NCBI GenBank assembly: GCA_900321105.1
Contig: OOHL01000003.1
Location: 17,516-81,515, forward strand
Direction: 5' to 3'
Source: an uncultured Pseudomonadota bacterium
GTDB taxonomy: Bacteria > Pseudomonadota > Alphaproteobacteria > Rs-D84
DNA length: 64,000 nt
Within the stretch, counting starts at the first letter, position 1. Each line of letters opens with the position of its first letter. Positions 38,764 through 48,743 of the stretch are shown here, in pieces. The notes beneath the pieces are model-generated. The model ran no database searches and had not been told where the DNA came from. It was given only the letters and a program-made list of their open reading frames with translations. The translations under genes and the position numbers were made by a program.

Positions 38764-39228
38764 TTATCTCTCTCTCATAAAACGAGAGTATTTTGATAAT
38801 ATTTTATCTGGTGTCAATGTGGAATCCTGCTTCGTTAATTTATTTTCAATAAAATCTTTACTTATGCAAAAAAGACGTTCGCCATATAACCCAAGATCAA
38901 ATATCAAATTATAGTATTTTAATTTAGGAATTTTCACCTGTACATATGAAGTGCTTTTTTCTTCAGGAAGGAATTCTCTACAAGATATCACGATAGGTCC
39001 AACCGAAGATTTTTTAATATAATAAAAATACTCTCCGTTATGAAAAGATTCACTTTTATAACAGGCCACAGAAGCAATAAGTTTTTCTTCGCCTAATTTT
39101 TGTAACAATTCAACAAATTTTTTATAATCTGCATACTGTTTGTTGTTTGCTTGTAAAGCCAAGTCGTTTTCCAAACGACGAAAGAACCTTTCGTGCATTT
39201 TTGTCGTTTTGCTATTTAATAAGGTCAT
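38764..39228 (-). CDS. Hypothetical basic cytoplasmic protein
   Basis: 154-aa ORF from ATG 39228 with AAAGGA SD and an upstream TTGACA. Confidence 0.7.
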   Translation of the reverse strand: MTLLNSKTTKMHERFFRRLENDLALQANNKQYADYKKFVELLQKLGEEKLIASVACYKSESFHNGEYFYYIKKSSVGPIVISCREFLPEEKSTSYVQVKIPKLKYYNLIFDLGLYGERLFCISKDFIENKLTKQDSTLTPDKILSKYSRFMRER

Positions 39229-39401
39229 TTTGTTTCCTTTTTTGGTTTTGATTATGAATATTATTGTACGTTTTTTTTGTTTGTCAAGCATTTTGTTCGA
39301 AAATGACAATTTTTTGATATTTTCTAAAACTCAACTTTCGAACTCGGTGTAAATGTTAGAAACCAAAATAAAAACCGCTCTGAAGGACATTTTGTTAACT
39401 A

Positions 39402-39899
39402 TGGTTGGGGCAGCTGTGTCCTCAATACACAATAAATAAAATCAAAAAAATTTCGTGAACTTCAATTTTTGAAAATTTTTCTAATTGTGTATTTTCGTAT
39501 ACGCCATGCGCTGCGCTCTGGCGGATCCATCTGCCCCTTGGATACACAAGGGTGTTTTGATTTTTATTCTGGTTGGGGCAGCTGATTCCCTCGGCTATGC
39601 CTGCGGGTCAACCGTAACGATTTTGCTATACTGCGTTTGCAAAATCTACTTGTTGTCGAACCTTTGGTTCTCATCTCATTACCCAAAAAACAAAAATGAA
39701 ACCCGTCTATTTGACGGGTTTAATTTTTGGTTGGGGCAGCTGTGTCCTCAATACACAATAATAAAAATCACAAAAATTTCGTGAACTTCAATTTTTGAAA
39801 ATTTTTCTAATTGTGTATTTTCGTATACGCCATGCGCTGCGCTCTGGCGGATCCATCTGCCCCTTGGATATTTGATTTTTATTCTGGTTGGGGCAGCTG
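39402..39899 (-). repeat. tRNA-linked array: four copies of the 15-nt tRNA-Gln 3' end separated by structured units A-B-A
   Basis: TGGTTGGGGCAGCTG at 39402, 39570, 39728 and 39885; spacers 39417-39569 and 39743-39884 are near-identical. Confidence 0.9.
39699..39721 (-). terminator. Intrinsic terminator inside the tRNA-linked array
   Basis: AAACCCGTC-tattt-GACGGGTTT, followed by T-rich sequence on the minus strand. Confidence 0.7.
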
Positions 39900-39958
39900 G
39901 ATTCGAACCAACACTAGCGGAGTCAGAGTCCGATGTTCTACCATTAAACTATGCCCCA
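39885..39958 (-). tRNA. tRNA-Gln (anticodon CTG)
   Basis: Cloverleaf: TGGGGCA/TGCCCCA acceptor stem, D arm GTTT-AATGGTA-GAAC, anticodon loop CT-CTG-AC, T arm GTTGG-TTCGAAT-CCAGC, encoded CCA. Confidence 0.95.
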
Positions 39959-40101
39959 ATATTGTCCCAGCAATTATATATAATATATTTTATTTTTCAA
40001 ATAAATAATTTTCATAATATGATTTTATTCATATATAAAAAACTTGCTTAAAATTTTTTAATGTTCTAGGCTTTATGTATGAAAGAAAAAGGAGAGCTCT
40101 C

Positions 40102-43100
40102 ATGAAACAATCAAAAACAGTATTAAAAGAATTAACCGCGGCATATCGCGCTGTTTTACGTCATGGTATTTTGTGCAACGCAATTGCTTTGGGTTTGGTC
40201 GCGATGCCAGCATTAGCGGGGGCTCCGAATACAAGTGGTGTTGCGTGGGTCTTTGGTGATGTGGTTATTCCTGCGGGACAACCGATTGATAATATGGCGT
40301 TCGGTGGTCGCCGTATGAGTGCGCATGGGCAAGACGGTAAATACAGAAATGATTTTCCTGATTATAGATTAGAAGGACGCTCTTTTGAAGTGCTGGGTGG
40401 CGATGCATATGTTGGACCTGTGACATTGACATTGCGGGAATTAACAGATGCCGATACCCCAAAATATAATTATCAATGGAATGATGGTAATGGTGATATT
40501 GAAACAGATATAGATTTGGCAGAATGGGCAGGTATTGAATGGGGTGATGATCAGGCAACTGTATATGGAAAATTGGCTGCAAAAATTAATACTCCGGGTA
40601 ATTATGATAATGCATATGATACAACAGGTGGTGTTTTATTATTTGCACAACGTGATTCAAGTAAAGAAGCTGGGCTCCTTAAATTTACAGATACAGATGC
40701 TGTAATTGATGGTGCGACGGTAAATGCAACTAACATAGAAGTCAATGGCGGTTCGATGACATTCGTAAAACAAGATCCATCGTCTTTGTCTGGGGCAACA
40801 CGTTGGTATACCAATGCAGAAAACATTAGTTCTGATGGTATTACAACATTAAATGCAGATACAATCAATATTGATGGTTCTTTGGTGCGTGTAAATGCTG
40901 ACGCAGAATTAACAATGATGGCAAATAACATTGTAATAACAGGTGAAAGTACAGCAAGCGAAGAAGATCAGTATAATCCAAGTAGATATTTAGTTCGCGC
41001 CGATGGTGAAAATTCTGTTCTTAATATAGGTACGGCTGAACATCCGGTAGACTCTATTGATATCAGACACACTGGCTATGATGCTCGTGCATTCACACTT
41101 TGGGAAGATACAGAAGCAAATATTTATGGAAAATCTATAAATATAGAAGGTTATTCTTATGGTGTTACAGCATGGCCAACATTGGGCGAAACAAGTGCCA
41201 CACTTAATATTGTCGGTGATGATATTAATATCGCTTCTTCAAATGGTCATGGAATGCTTAGTGAAGAGGGTGCAGATGTTTCTGTTAGAGGAAAAACAGT
41301 TGCTTTCTCTGGCGGGGTCGATGCCTTGCAAGCAAGTGATTCTGGAACAATACATGTTATCGCAGATAATTTGACAGTGGCAGGCTATGATGGAATTTTA
41401 GCTAATTATAAAAAAGGTCAAATAACGATAGAAACGACGGGCGATGTCAATGTAACCGCTGAAGATTCTGCTATTCATGCTGGTTTTGGTACCGCTGATG
41501 TAACAAAAGCAAAGGCTGATACAAGTTTTGTAGACATAAGGGCAAAAAATATTAATTTGACCGCCACAGAAACTGGTATTGAAGCGATGAGTAATGGTTG
41601 GATTGATTTGGATGGTAATTTAACAGTCAATGCTAAAAATGCTATTTTGGCACGTGGATATGCAACTGTTAATGTTAATGAATCCAGAGAAAACACAGTT
41701 AAATTAAATGGTGATGTTAACTTTAATTTTTATTCTAATCCTGGCTCGTCCGGTAATTCTGGTTCTGTGATAGATGCTTATGTTAATGTTAATTTAGCAA
41801 ATGCGCAATCATATTGGACTGGAAATACAGTTGTAGATTATCTGTATGGAACCAGACCGGAAGATAGATATTTAGAAGTTAATAATTTTAATTTGTCTTT
41901 GTCAAATGGTGCTGTGTGGAATGCAACAAAAATTACAGATACTAATGAAACAATTATTGACGAAGAGACGCAGGCAGAACGCACAACAGGTAAATACTAT
42001 ACCGCTTTGAACAATCTTAATATCAACGAAGGTACTGTGAATATTGCAGACACAACACGTGGAATCGTTGTCGAAAATGCAACAATCGCTGATGCTACAT
42101 TTAATGGTGGCGATTTGAATATCGGTGCAATGACTTTGACATCTGGCACAAACACATTTAATAACAATGTTAAGGGTGTGGATGCTGCCAGCGTATTGAC
42201 CGTTAATTCTGGCGCAACAATGAACATCGGTACAAATAATGTTGATGTTAATACAATCGCATTAAATGGTGATATGTTGGCGACATTGCGTGAAGGTGAT
42301 GCACAAATCACAGCCGGTACATTTACTGGAAATGGTACTTTGAAATTAACAATGGCACAGGCCGGGACATATAAAGTGTTCGGCGATAAATCTTTTGCAA
42401 ACATTGCATGGGACGAAAGTGGTTTAACAACATCCAGTCCAATCTATAATTTGACTTGGAATGGTGGCGATGTGACCGCAACCCGTAAGACAGCAGCACA
42501 AGTTGCAGAAGATAATAATTTGACAGAAGAATCAGGATCGTTTGTTTCTAATTTGACAGATTCGTCTTCTGATAAATTGAAAGAATTATCGGTTGCATTG
42601 CAGGAAAAATTAGCGGCTGGCGATACAGAATCTGTTGAACATGCAACACGGGCTGTTCATCCTGAAAAAGAATCTGTTGTGCAATCTGTATCAACATCTG
42701 TTCAAAATACAGTTGTGAATTTGGCTTCGTCCCGTATGGTTATGCCAACTGCAGGTCGTGCCGGTGGTGATGTTAAATTAACATCTGGCGGTATGTGGGT
42801 CCAAGGTTTATATAACAAATCTAAACATGCAGATGCGTTCAGTGGTTATACACGTGGAATCGCAGCTGGTTTAGATGGTACACTTAACAAAGTTTGGACA
42901 ATCGGTGCAGGTTATTCGTTCGCTCACTCTAATATTGGTGGAACCGCACGTGATACAGAAATCGATTCAAATACTTTCTTCATGTACGGACAATATAAGC
43001 CGTCCAATTGGTATTTGAATGCGGTTGCAAATTATACTTGGTCTGATTATTCCGAAAAAGGAACAATTTTGGACAATATGCCAATATTCGCAGATTATAA

Positions 43101-43557
43101 TGTGGATTCATTTGGTGGTAATATCGCAACTGGATATGATTTCGATAATGGTATAACACCTGAACTTGGATTGCGTTATATCCATGTATCTGCAGATGAT
43201 TATACAAATTCATATGGTGTGAAAACCCATTTGGATGATTCAGATTATATGACTGGTATCTTGGGTGCAAGATATACATTTAATATCGTTGCAAACAAAT
43301 ATACAACATTTATGCCACAATTGCATGCCGCGGCCAAATATGATTTGTTGTCTGACAAAAATGTCGCAACAGTCACAATGCCAGGAATCAATTCATACGT
43401 GATGGATAATGAACGTTTGAATCGTTTCGGCGGTGAATTTGGTATCGGTTTGGGTGTAAAGTATGGAAATCTGGACATGTCTTTGAACTATGACATTGAT
43501 GTCCGCAAAGACTATACATCACAAACAGGTATGTTGAAATTCAGAGCAAACTTCTAA
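40102..43557 (+). CDS. Autotransporter (type Va) with beta-helical passenger
   Basis: Extended signal peptide, N/G/T/V-rich passenger, C-terminal barrel (WVQGLYN, ITPELGLRY, terminal FRANF); AAGGAG SD. Confidence 0.9.
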   Translation: MKQSKTVLKELTAAYRAVLRHGILCNAIALGLVAMPALAGAPNTSGVAWVFGDVVIPAGQPIDNMAFGGRRMSAHGQDGKYRNDFPDYRLEGRSFEVLGGDAYVGPVTLTLRELTDADTPKYNYQWNDGNGDIETDIDLAEWAGIEWGDDQATVYGKLAAKINTPGNYDNAYDTTGGVLLFAQRDSSKEAGLLKFTDTDAVIDGATVNATNIEVNGGSMTFVKQDPSSLSGATRWYTNAENISSDGITTLNADTINIDGSLVRVNADAELTMMANNIVITGESTASEEDQYNPSRYLVRADGENSVLNIGTAEHPVDSIDIRHTGYDARAFTLWEDTEANIYGKSINIEGYSYGVTAWPTLGETSATLNIVGDDINIASSNGHGMLSEEGADVSVRGKTVAFSGGVDALQASDSGTIHVIADNLTVAGYDGILANYKKGQITIETTGDVNVTAEDSAIHAGFGTADVTKAKADTSFVDIRAKNINLTATETGIEAMSNGWIDLDGNLTVNAKNAILARGYATVNVNESRENTVKLNGDVNFNFYSNPGSSGNSGSVIDAYVNVNLANAQSYWTGNTVVDYLYGTRPEDRYLEVNNFNLSLSNGAVWNATKITDTNETIIDEETQAERTTGKYYTALNNLNINEGTVNIADTTRGIVVENATIADATFNGGDLNIGAMTLTSGTNTFNNNVKGVDAASVLTVNSGATMNIGTNNVDVNTIALNGDMLATLREGDAQITAGTFTGNGTLKLTMAQAGTYKVFGDKSFANIAWDESGLTTSSPIYNLTWNGGDVTATRKTAAQVAEDNNLTEESGSFVSNLTDSSSDKLKELSVALQEKLAAGDTESVEHATRAVHPEKESVVQSVSTSVQNTVVNLASSRMVMPTAGRAGGDVKLTSGGMWVQGLYNKSKHADAFSGYTRGIAAGLDGTLNKVWTIGAGYSFAHSNIGGTARDTEIDSNTFFMYGQYKPSNWYLNAVANYTWSDYSEKGTILDNMPIFADYNVDSFGGNIATGYDFDNGITPELGLRYIHVSADDYTNSYGVKTHLDDSDYMTGILGARYTFNIVANKYTTFMPQLHAAAKYDLLSDKNVATVTMPGINSYVMDNERLNRFGGEFGIGLGVKYGNLDMSLNYDIDVRKDYTSQTGMLKFRANF

Positions 43558-43576
43558 TCTGAATATTACGGAAGAG

Positions 43577-43604
43577 AAAACGGTCGCAATCGCGACCGTT
43601 TTTT
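43577..43604. terminator. Bidirectional intrinsic terminator
   Basis: AAAACGGTCGC-aatc-GCGACCGTTTT. Confidence 0.8.
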
Positions 43605-45051
43605 ATCTGGTTTTTGAAATATTTTGTAAATTGTTGTTGGCCAAATAATTATCGGTTATCAGTTTTTTTATTTCCGGACTTAAATGTTCAATTGTTTTCA
43701 TCATTTCTTTGGCCTGGTATTTACAATAACGCTTCAAAGTTATATCAAGATTTTTATCAAAATTTTGGATGCCTTCGTATTCGCCAAAATCTTGTTCATA
43801 ATATCTTTTGTAATAATCTGCAAAGTCTTCTTCAAATATTGCATATATTTGGTCTTCTGATATTGGGTGTCTTTCAATTATTGGTTTCGCAAATAAAAGA
43901 AATATTCTTTTGCCATAAAATGAACGGGTACGCGAATCTATGATATCTTGTAATTCTTGGGGCGTTGTTGCGTGTTGAATATCTTCATCAAGAATACTAA
44001 ACCATGCATAAATATCTTCCATACGGGCATAAATAGAATTACTGTGACCTTTGTTGGAAGCGGTCGCTCGCTTGATACCTGTATTATATGCCGTATCAGC
44101 AGCACGCTCAAGAACTTTGCCGGCATCAAATGTTTGTGTAATTTCCCGGAATCCCATACGTTCAATCGTCATATGCGTTGCCATTTGACGAACAAAATGT
44201 GTTAACATTTGATATCTTGTTTCTGCCATTAGGCCAGACAAAAAAGATTGTTTATCTTTTGCTGATTCATATGCCGCTTTCATTTTTCCAGAATAATCGT
44301 GTTCTAACAAAGATGTTATTTGATGTTGTTGCAGATTCCCAGATAACATATCATCATAAATTTTTCTGTCTTGTGGGGTCATTAATGTCAAGATTTCATT
44401 GATTTCATCATCTGTGTAATTGTCAGATTTATAAATCGTTTCATTGTTTTTAATTTGAAACAAATGTCCATCTGGAACAGAACCTGGATGAACAATTCTT
44501 GCAGATTTTGGTAATTTTAAGCCACTGTCTGCATCTGGTGAAAAATATGTGTCCACCGCAGAAAAACCAACAGGTTTCCCATTTTCTTGAACTGTGTCAT
44601 GATAAGGGGTTAATATAATAATCGGTCTGTCATCCCAATTGCCGCCAATATGAGCCTGTACAACATGGTTTAATGTAAAATGAACCGTTGCCCGTGGCGC
44701 AGACCAATTCCGTGCCATTGCGGTCGTTTGCATACGATTGTTTTTCGGCATATAATTTGTTGCATGAACCAAAAGCCAATTATCAGGATTGGAAATATAA
44801 TCAGATTGTTCTTCTTCGTTAAAAGGTTTTTCTGGTTCTTGGAATTTTATATCAAATGATGGGTTAAAAATGCGTTGCAATCCTGTTGTGCCACCAAATT
44901 TGTATTGTGTATCCCGGTCAATACCCAATTCGCGTAATTTATCACGCACCCGTTCTTTCAAAGTTTTTTCAACAACAGGCCCGGTATTCTCTTGCTTTCT
45001 TTTTAATAAATTATTGATTGCGTTTAGAAATAAATCTCTTTTTGTGGTCAT
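43603..45051 (-). CDS. Hypothetical cytoplasmic protein (~480 aa)
   Basis: Long ORF with LVHATNYMP, RATVHFTLNH..H..GNW and DTY motifs; start 45051 or 45063; TGGTATAAT upstream. Confidence 0.8.
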   Translation of the reverse strand: MTTKRDLFLNAINNLLKRKQENTGPVVEKTLKERVRDKLRELGIDRDTQYKFGGTTGLQRIFNPSFDIKFQEPEKPFNEEEQSDYISNPDNWLLVHATNYMPKNNRMQTTAMARNWSAPRATVHFTLNHVVQAHIGGNWDDRPIIILTPYHDTVQENGKPVGFSAVDTYFSPDADSGLKLPKSARIVHPGSVPDGHLFQIKNNETIYKSDNYTDDEINEILTLMTPQDRKIYDDMLSGNLQQHQITSLLEHDYSGKMKAAYESAKDKQSFLSGLMAETRYQMLTHFVRQMATHMTIERMGFREITQTFDAGKVLERAADTAYNTGIKRATASNKGHSNSIYARMEDIYAWFSILDEDIQHATTPQELQDIIDSRTRSFYGKRIFLLFAKPIIERHPISEDQIYAIFEEDFADYYKRYYEQDFGEYEGIQNFDKNLDITLKRYCKYQAKEMMKTIEHLSPEIKKLITDNYLANNNLQNISKTR

Positions 45052-45100
45052 AATAATTTCCATTGCATGGAATTATACCATAAAAACAGGGCGTTTACTA

Positions 45101-45859
45101 TTATTTTTTGCGTGCGTGCTTTTTGTAATCTGTCGCGTTAAGACCGCTTTGAATTTCCGGTAAATTAAATTCTGCATCCATTTCATGTAATTGTTTTTGC
45201 ATCGATTGTTCAATTTCAATGCGCTTTTTTTCAAATTCTGCACCACGTAATTTTGGGTCTATATAAATAGGTTCCCCAATGCGACATGATATTGTTCCAA
45301 ATAAACGTGGAATCATAAATTTATCCCACCTGTCCATATAAATTGGTTTAGAACACGAAAAACAGCATGTGACAATCGGTGCGCCTGTCATGCGTGCGAA
45401 ATAAAGCGCGCCATCCTGGATATGCAGGGAAGGGCCAGATGGTCCATCAACAGGAACACACATTGACATATTTGTTTTGCGCATAACACGAACGCCTTCG
45501 CGTAAAACTGCAACGGCACCGTCTGATGTTGAACCGTAAATTGCGCGCAATCCAAAAAGCCTTTGCAGACGTGCCATCATTCGACCGTCTTCGTGACGTG
45601 ATGCAACGCAATATGATTTTATGCGCGCACTTGCAACCACAGGTGATAACATTGCGCAGCGTCCATGAAAGAATACGAATACCACTGGCTTTTTACGATA
45701 ATTTTTTAAGGATTTTGTGTTTGTGAACTTATGGCGCGATGTCAGGTATATAAACCATGTTAATCCCGCCAAAAATGTCACCAAGACCCACTGAATAATG
45801 TCATTACGCAATATGGGTTGCCAAAATTTCTTCCAAATTTTCCTAAATAACTTAGTCAT
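45101..45859 (-). CDS. DUF374 / lysophospholipid acyltransferase-like protein
   Basis: FFHGR, SRHEDG, YGST..GA, DGPSGP, WDKFMIP; start corrected to 45859. Confidence 0.85.
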   Translation of the reverse strand: MTKLFRKIWKKFWQPILRNDIIQWVLVTFLAGLTWFIYLTSRHKFTNTKSLKNYRKKPVVFVFFHGRCAMLSPVVASARIKSYCVASRHEDGRMMARLQRLFGLRAIYGSTSDGAVAVLREGVRVMRKTNMSMCVPVDGPSGPSLHIQDGALYFARMTGAPIVTCCFSCSKPIYMDRWDKFMIPRLFGTISCRIGEPIYIDPKLRGAEFEKKRIEIEQSMQKQLHEMDAEFNLPEIQSGLNATDYKKHARKK

Positions 45860-45867
45860 AATTACTA

Positions 45868-45896
45868 ATTTTATCAATAAAAGCGATAATTTGCAA
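45868..45896 (-). promoter_or_regulatory. Sigma70-type promoter, probably leaderless
   Basis: TTGCAA-17nt-TAAAAT-8nt-ATG(45859). Confidence 0.6.
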
Positions 45897-45960
45897 ATTT
45901 TTACATATGTATTGACAAAATAATTTTTTATACTATATTTACAGTAGTGGGGGTGCAGAT

Positions 45961-46692
45961 ATGCAAACGAAACAAGAAACAAAAGATATTAAAATAGTCC
46001 CAATTTTTGACCAAATGGCAAATCCGAAGATTTGGTCTGATTTTACGCGTTTAGAAATGTTGTGTGATACGGTTAAATATGGTTATCGTACAGGTGATGA
46101 TGACAGAAATCGTATCTTTGCCAGTCATATGTATGATTGGACACATGAAAGATATAATTTTGCTTTTGTTGCATACGATGAAAAAGCAATGGTTGGTTTT
46201 GCCAATGGATTCTTGGAAAATCGGTCCGAAATGTATTTGCGTAATTTATATGTAGATCCACAATATAATGGTTTAGGTATCGGGAAAAGACTATTGGAAC
46301 AAAGCGAACGTACTGCTAATTTAATTGTGCCAAGCATGTCAGTTATATCATTAAATGGTGCAATAAGTTTTTATGAAGGTCGTGGATACGAAAGTCCTGA
46401 TAATCGTTATATGTTAAAAAAATTACCACACAATATAGTTGGTGTTGTCCCTGTGTTTAAAAATATGTTGGGTGGTATGCGTGCAAAAATGATGGCACCT
46501 TATGATAAACAAGCGGTCAGACAATGTGTAAATCAACCGGTATTTGTTTATGTCACGGCTGATCGTGAAATTGATGCGGTCGGTATTCGTATGCCAGATA
46601 AAGAAATCAAAATCTGGACCAATGAACATAAACACGGCATGGTTGACTTTTATAAAAATCAATTATTAAAAGCATTTGAAAAAGTAAAATAA
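45961..46692 (+). CDS. GNAT family acetyltransferase with C-terminal extension
   Basis: VGFA, LYVDPQYNGLGIGKRLL acetyl-CoA motif, AISFYE.RGY. Confidence 0.85.
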   Translation: MQTKQETKDIKIVPIFDQMANPKIWSDFTRLEMLCDTVKYGYRTGDDDRNRIFASHMYDWTHERYNFAFVAYDEKAMVGFANGFLENRSEMYLRNLYVDPQYNGLGIGKRLLEQSERTANLIVPSMSVISLNGAISFYEGRGYESPDNRYMLKKLPHNIVGVVPVFKNMLGGMRAKMMAPYDKQAVRQCVNQPVFVYVTADREIDAVGIRMPDKEIKIWTNEHKHGMVDFYKNQLLKAFEKVK

Positions 46693-46724
46693 AAAAACAC
46701 CGCCAATTTGGCGGTGTTTTTTTT
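46691..46724. terminator. Bidirectional intrinsic terminator
   Basis: A-tract, CACCGCCAA-t-TTGGCGGTG inverted repeat, T-tract. Confidence 0.8.
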
Positions 46725-46725
46725 C

Positions 46726-48339
46726 TTACATCATTCCTGGCATCTGTGGTGATGATGTCGATGTTTTTTCTTCTGGGATTTCAGACATTACTGCGCCGGT
46801 TGTTAATAATACACCAGCGGTTGAAGCCGCCGCTGTGATTGCTGTTTTAACAACTTTTGCTGGGTCAATAATTCCAGATTTCATCATGTCAACATATTCA
46901 CCAGTTTGTGCGTTATATCCAAAATTATAGTCACGGTTTTCCATAATCTTGCCAACAACAATTTCACCAGACACACCTGCGTTTTCTGCGATTTGCATAC
47001 ATGGTGAAATGATTGCACGACGGACGATATCAATACCGACATTTTGGTCTTGATTTGTACCGGTCAGATCTTTCAAAGATTCAACTGCGCGAACCAATGC
47101 TACACCACCACCGGCAACAATGCCTTCGGCAACGGCTGCACGTGTGGCCGCCAATGCGTCATCTACGCGGTCTTTCTTTTCTTTAACCTCTACTTCGGTC
47201 ATGCCGCCGACATGAATAACTGCGACACCGCCAACCAATTTAGCTAAACGTTCTGCCAGTTTTTCGCGGTCATATTCACTGGTTGTGTCTTTAAGAGCTT
47301 TGCGGATTTCATCAGCACGTGCCTTGATTGCATCGCTGTCGCCATCGCCGTTTACCAATAATGTTTTATCTTTGGAAACGACCACGCGTTTTGCACCACC
47401 AAGGACAGATTGATTGATATTTTCAAATGTCATACCCATATCATCAGATATAACAGTTGCACCAGTCACAATCGCAATATCTTTCAACATTTCTTTGCGG
47501 CGATCACCAAATCCAGGTGCCTTTACCGCGCAAACTTTCAATCCGCCACGCAGACGGTTCAAAACCAATGTTGCCAATGCTTCGGATTCAACATCTTCGG
47601 CAATAATTAATAATGGACGACCAGATTGTGCGATTGGTTCCAATATAGGAAGCAATGCCTGCAATCCTGTGATTTTCTTTTCAGAAACCAAAATTGCTGC
47701 ATTTTCCAATTCTGCCAACATTTTTTCGCTGTTTGTGACGAAATAGGGTGACATAAAGCCTTGATCAAATTGCATACCTTCGACCACATCGATTTCTGTA
47801 TCCAACCCCTTTGCTTCTTGAACAGTGATAACACCTTCTTTTCCAACGCGTTCCATAGCGTCCGCAATTTTTTGTCCGATGTCGGCATCACTGTTTGCAG
47901 AAATTGTTGCAACCTGGGCGATTTCGGATGAATCTTTGACAGGACGTGCATGTTTTTCAATGTCTTTTACAACCGCGTCAACAGCGATATCAATACCGCG
48001 TTTTACATCCATTGGATTCATGCCAGCCGCGATAACACGACGACCCTCTTTGAAAATATTTTGTGCAAGAACAGTTGCAGTTGTTGTTCCGTCACCAGCA
48101 CTGTCCCCGGCGCGTTTTGCAACTTCTTGAATCATTTTTGCACCGATATTTTCGGAATTATCTTTTAATGATACTTCTTTGGCAACCGTCACACCGTCTT
48201 TTGTTGCGATTGGTGCACCGTATGCGCGTTCAATTACGACTGTGCGTCCCTTTGGACCCATAGTGATTTTGACAGCATTTGCCAATTTATCGACACCAGC
48301 TGCCAGTTTATCGGTATTAAATACAATATCTTTTGCCAT
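46726..48339 (-). CDS. groL: Chaperonin GroEL
   Basis: [43 protein letters not shown]. Confidence 0.98.
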   Translation of the reverse strand: MAKDIVFNTDKLAAGVDKLANAVKITMGPKGRTVVIERAYGAPIATKDGVTVAKEVSLKDNSENIGAKMIQEVAKRAGDSAGDGTTTATVLAQNIFKEGRRVIAAGMNPMDVKRGIDIAVDAVVKDIEKHARPVKDSSEIAQVATISANSDADIGQKIADAMERVGKEGVITVQEAKGLDTEIDVVEGMQFDQGFMSPYFVTNSEKMLAELENAAILVSEKKITGLQALLPILEPIAQSGRPLLIIAEDVESEALATLVLNRLRGGLKVCAVKAPGFGDRRKEMLKDIAIVTGATVISDDMGMTFENINQSVLGGAKRVVVSKDKTLLVNGDGDSDAIKARADEIRKALKDTTSEYDREKLAERLAKLVGGVAVIHVGGMTEVEVKEKKDRVDDALAATRAAVAEGIVAGGGVALVRAVESLKDLTGTNQDQNVGIDIVRRAIISPCMQIAENAGVSGEIVVGKIMENRDYNFGYNAQTGEYVDMMKSGIIDPAKVVKTAITAAASTAGVLLTTGAVMSEIPEEKTSTSSPQMPGMM

Positions 48340-48353
48340 GATTTAATTCCTTT

Positions 48354-48638
48354 TTATAAAATTCCAAGTATATCGGATTCTTTGATTAAAACATAATCAA
48401 TTCCGTCAATTTTAACTTCATTTGCGCTGGATGCCCATTTTGCAAATAATACAACATCGTCTTTTTTTACAGACATAGGTATCTTTTGACCGTCATCATA
48501 AATGCCGTCACCGACCGCGACTACGCGTCCACGTGAAGGTTTTTCTTTCGCATTATCTGGGATAATAATTCCACCAGCGGTTTTATTTTCTTCTTCAATT
48601 CTTTGTAATAAAACATAGTTATGCAATGGTTTAAACAT
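48354..48638 (-). CDS. groS: Co-chaperonin GroES
   Basis: [29 protein letters not shown]. Confidence 0.97.
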   Translation of the reverse strand: MFKPLHNYVLLQRIEEENKTAGGIIIPDNAKEKPSRGRVVAVGDGIYDDGQKIPMSVKKDDVVLFAKWASSANEVKIDGIDYVLIKESDILGIL

Positions 48639-48664
48639 ATAAACACTCCTTTGCTATGCGTGAA

Positions 48665-48692
48665 ATATAGTGCAAAAAAATCGTATTTCAAG
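48665..48692 (-). promoter_or_regulatory. Putative RpoH (sigma32)-type promoter of groESL
   Basis: CTTGAA-15nt-ACTATAT on the minus strand, close to the alphaproteobacterial RpoH consensus. Confidence 0.6.
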
Positions 48693-48743
48693 CCTTGATT
48701 TTAAGTTTGTTTTAAGTGTATTATTCTTTAAAGGAATAAAAAA

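Noticed and set aside
39402-39899. CRISPR array interpretation of the regularly spaced repeats
   Set aside because: Repeats are 15 nt and identical to the tRNA 3' end, spacers are ~142-153 nt with two near-identical, and no cas genes are present.
39485-40008. ORFs 39485..39784 and 39811..40008 sharing the N-terminus MCIFVYAMRC
   Set aside because: They are by-products of the duplicated unit A, start with TTG without an SD, and the second runs antisense through the tRNA.
48639-48743. CIRCE element upstream of groES
   Set aside because: No TTAGCACTC-N9-GAGTGCTAA inverted repeat is visible; only an RpoH-like promoter.
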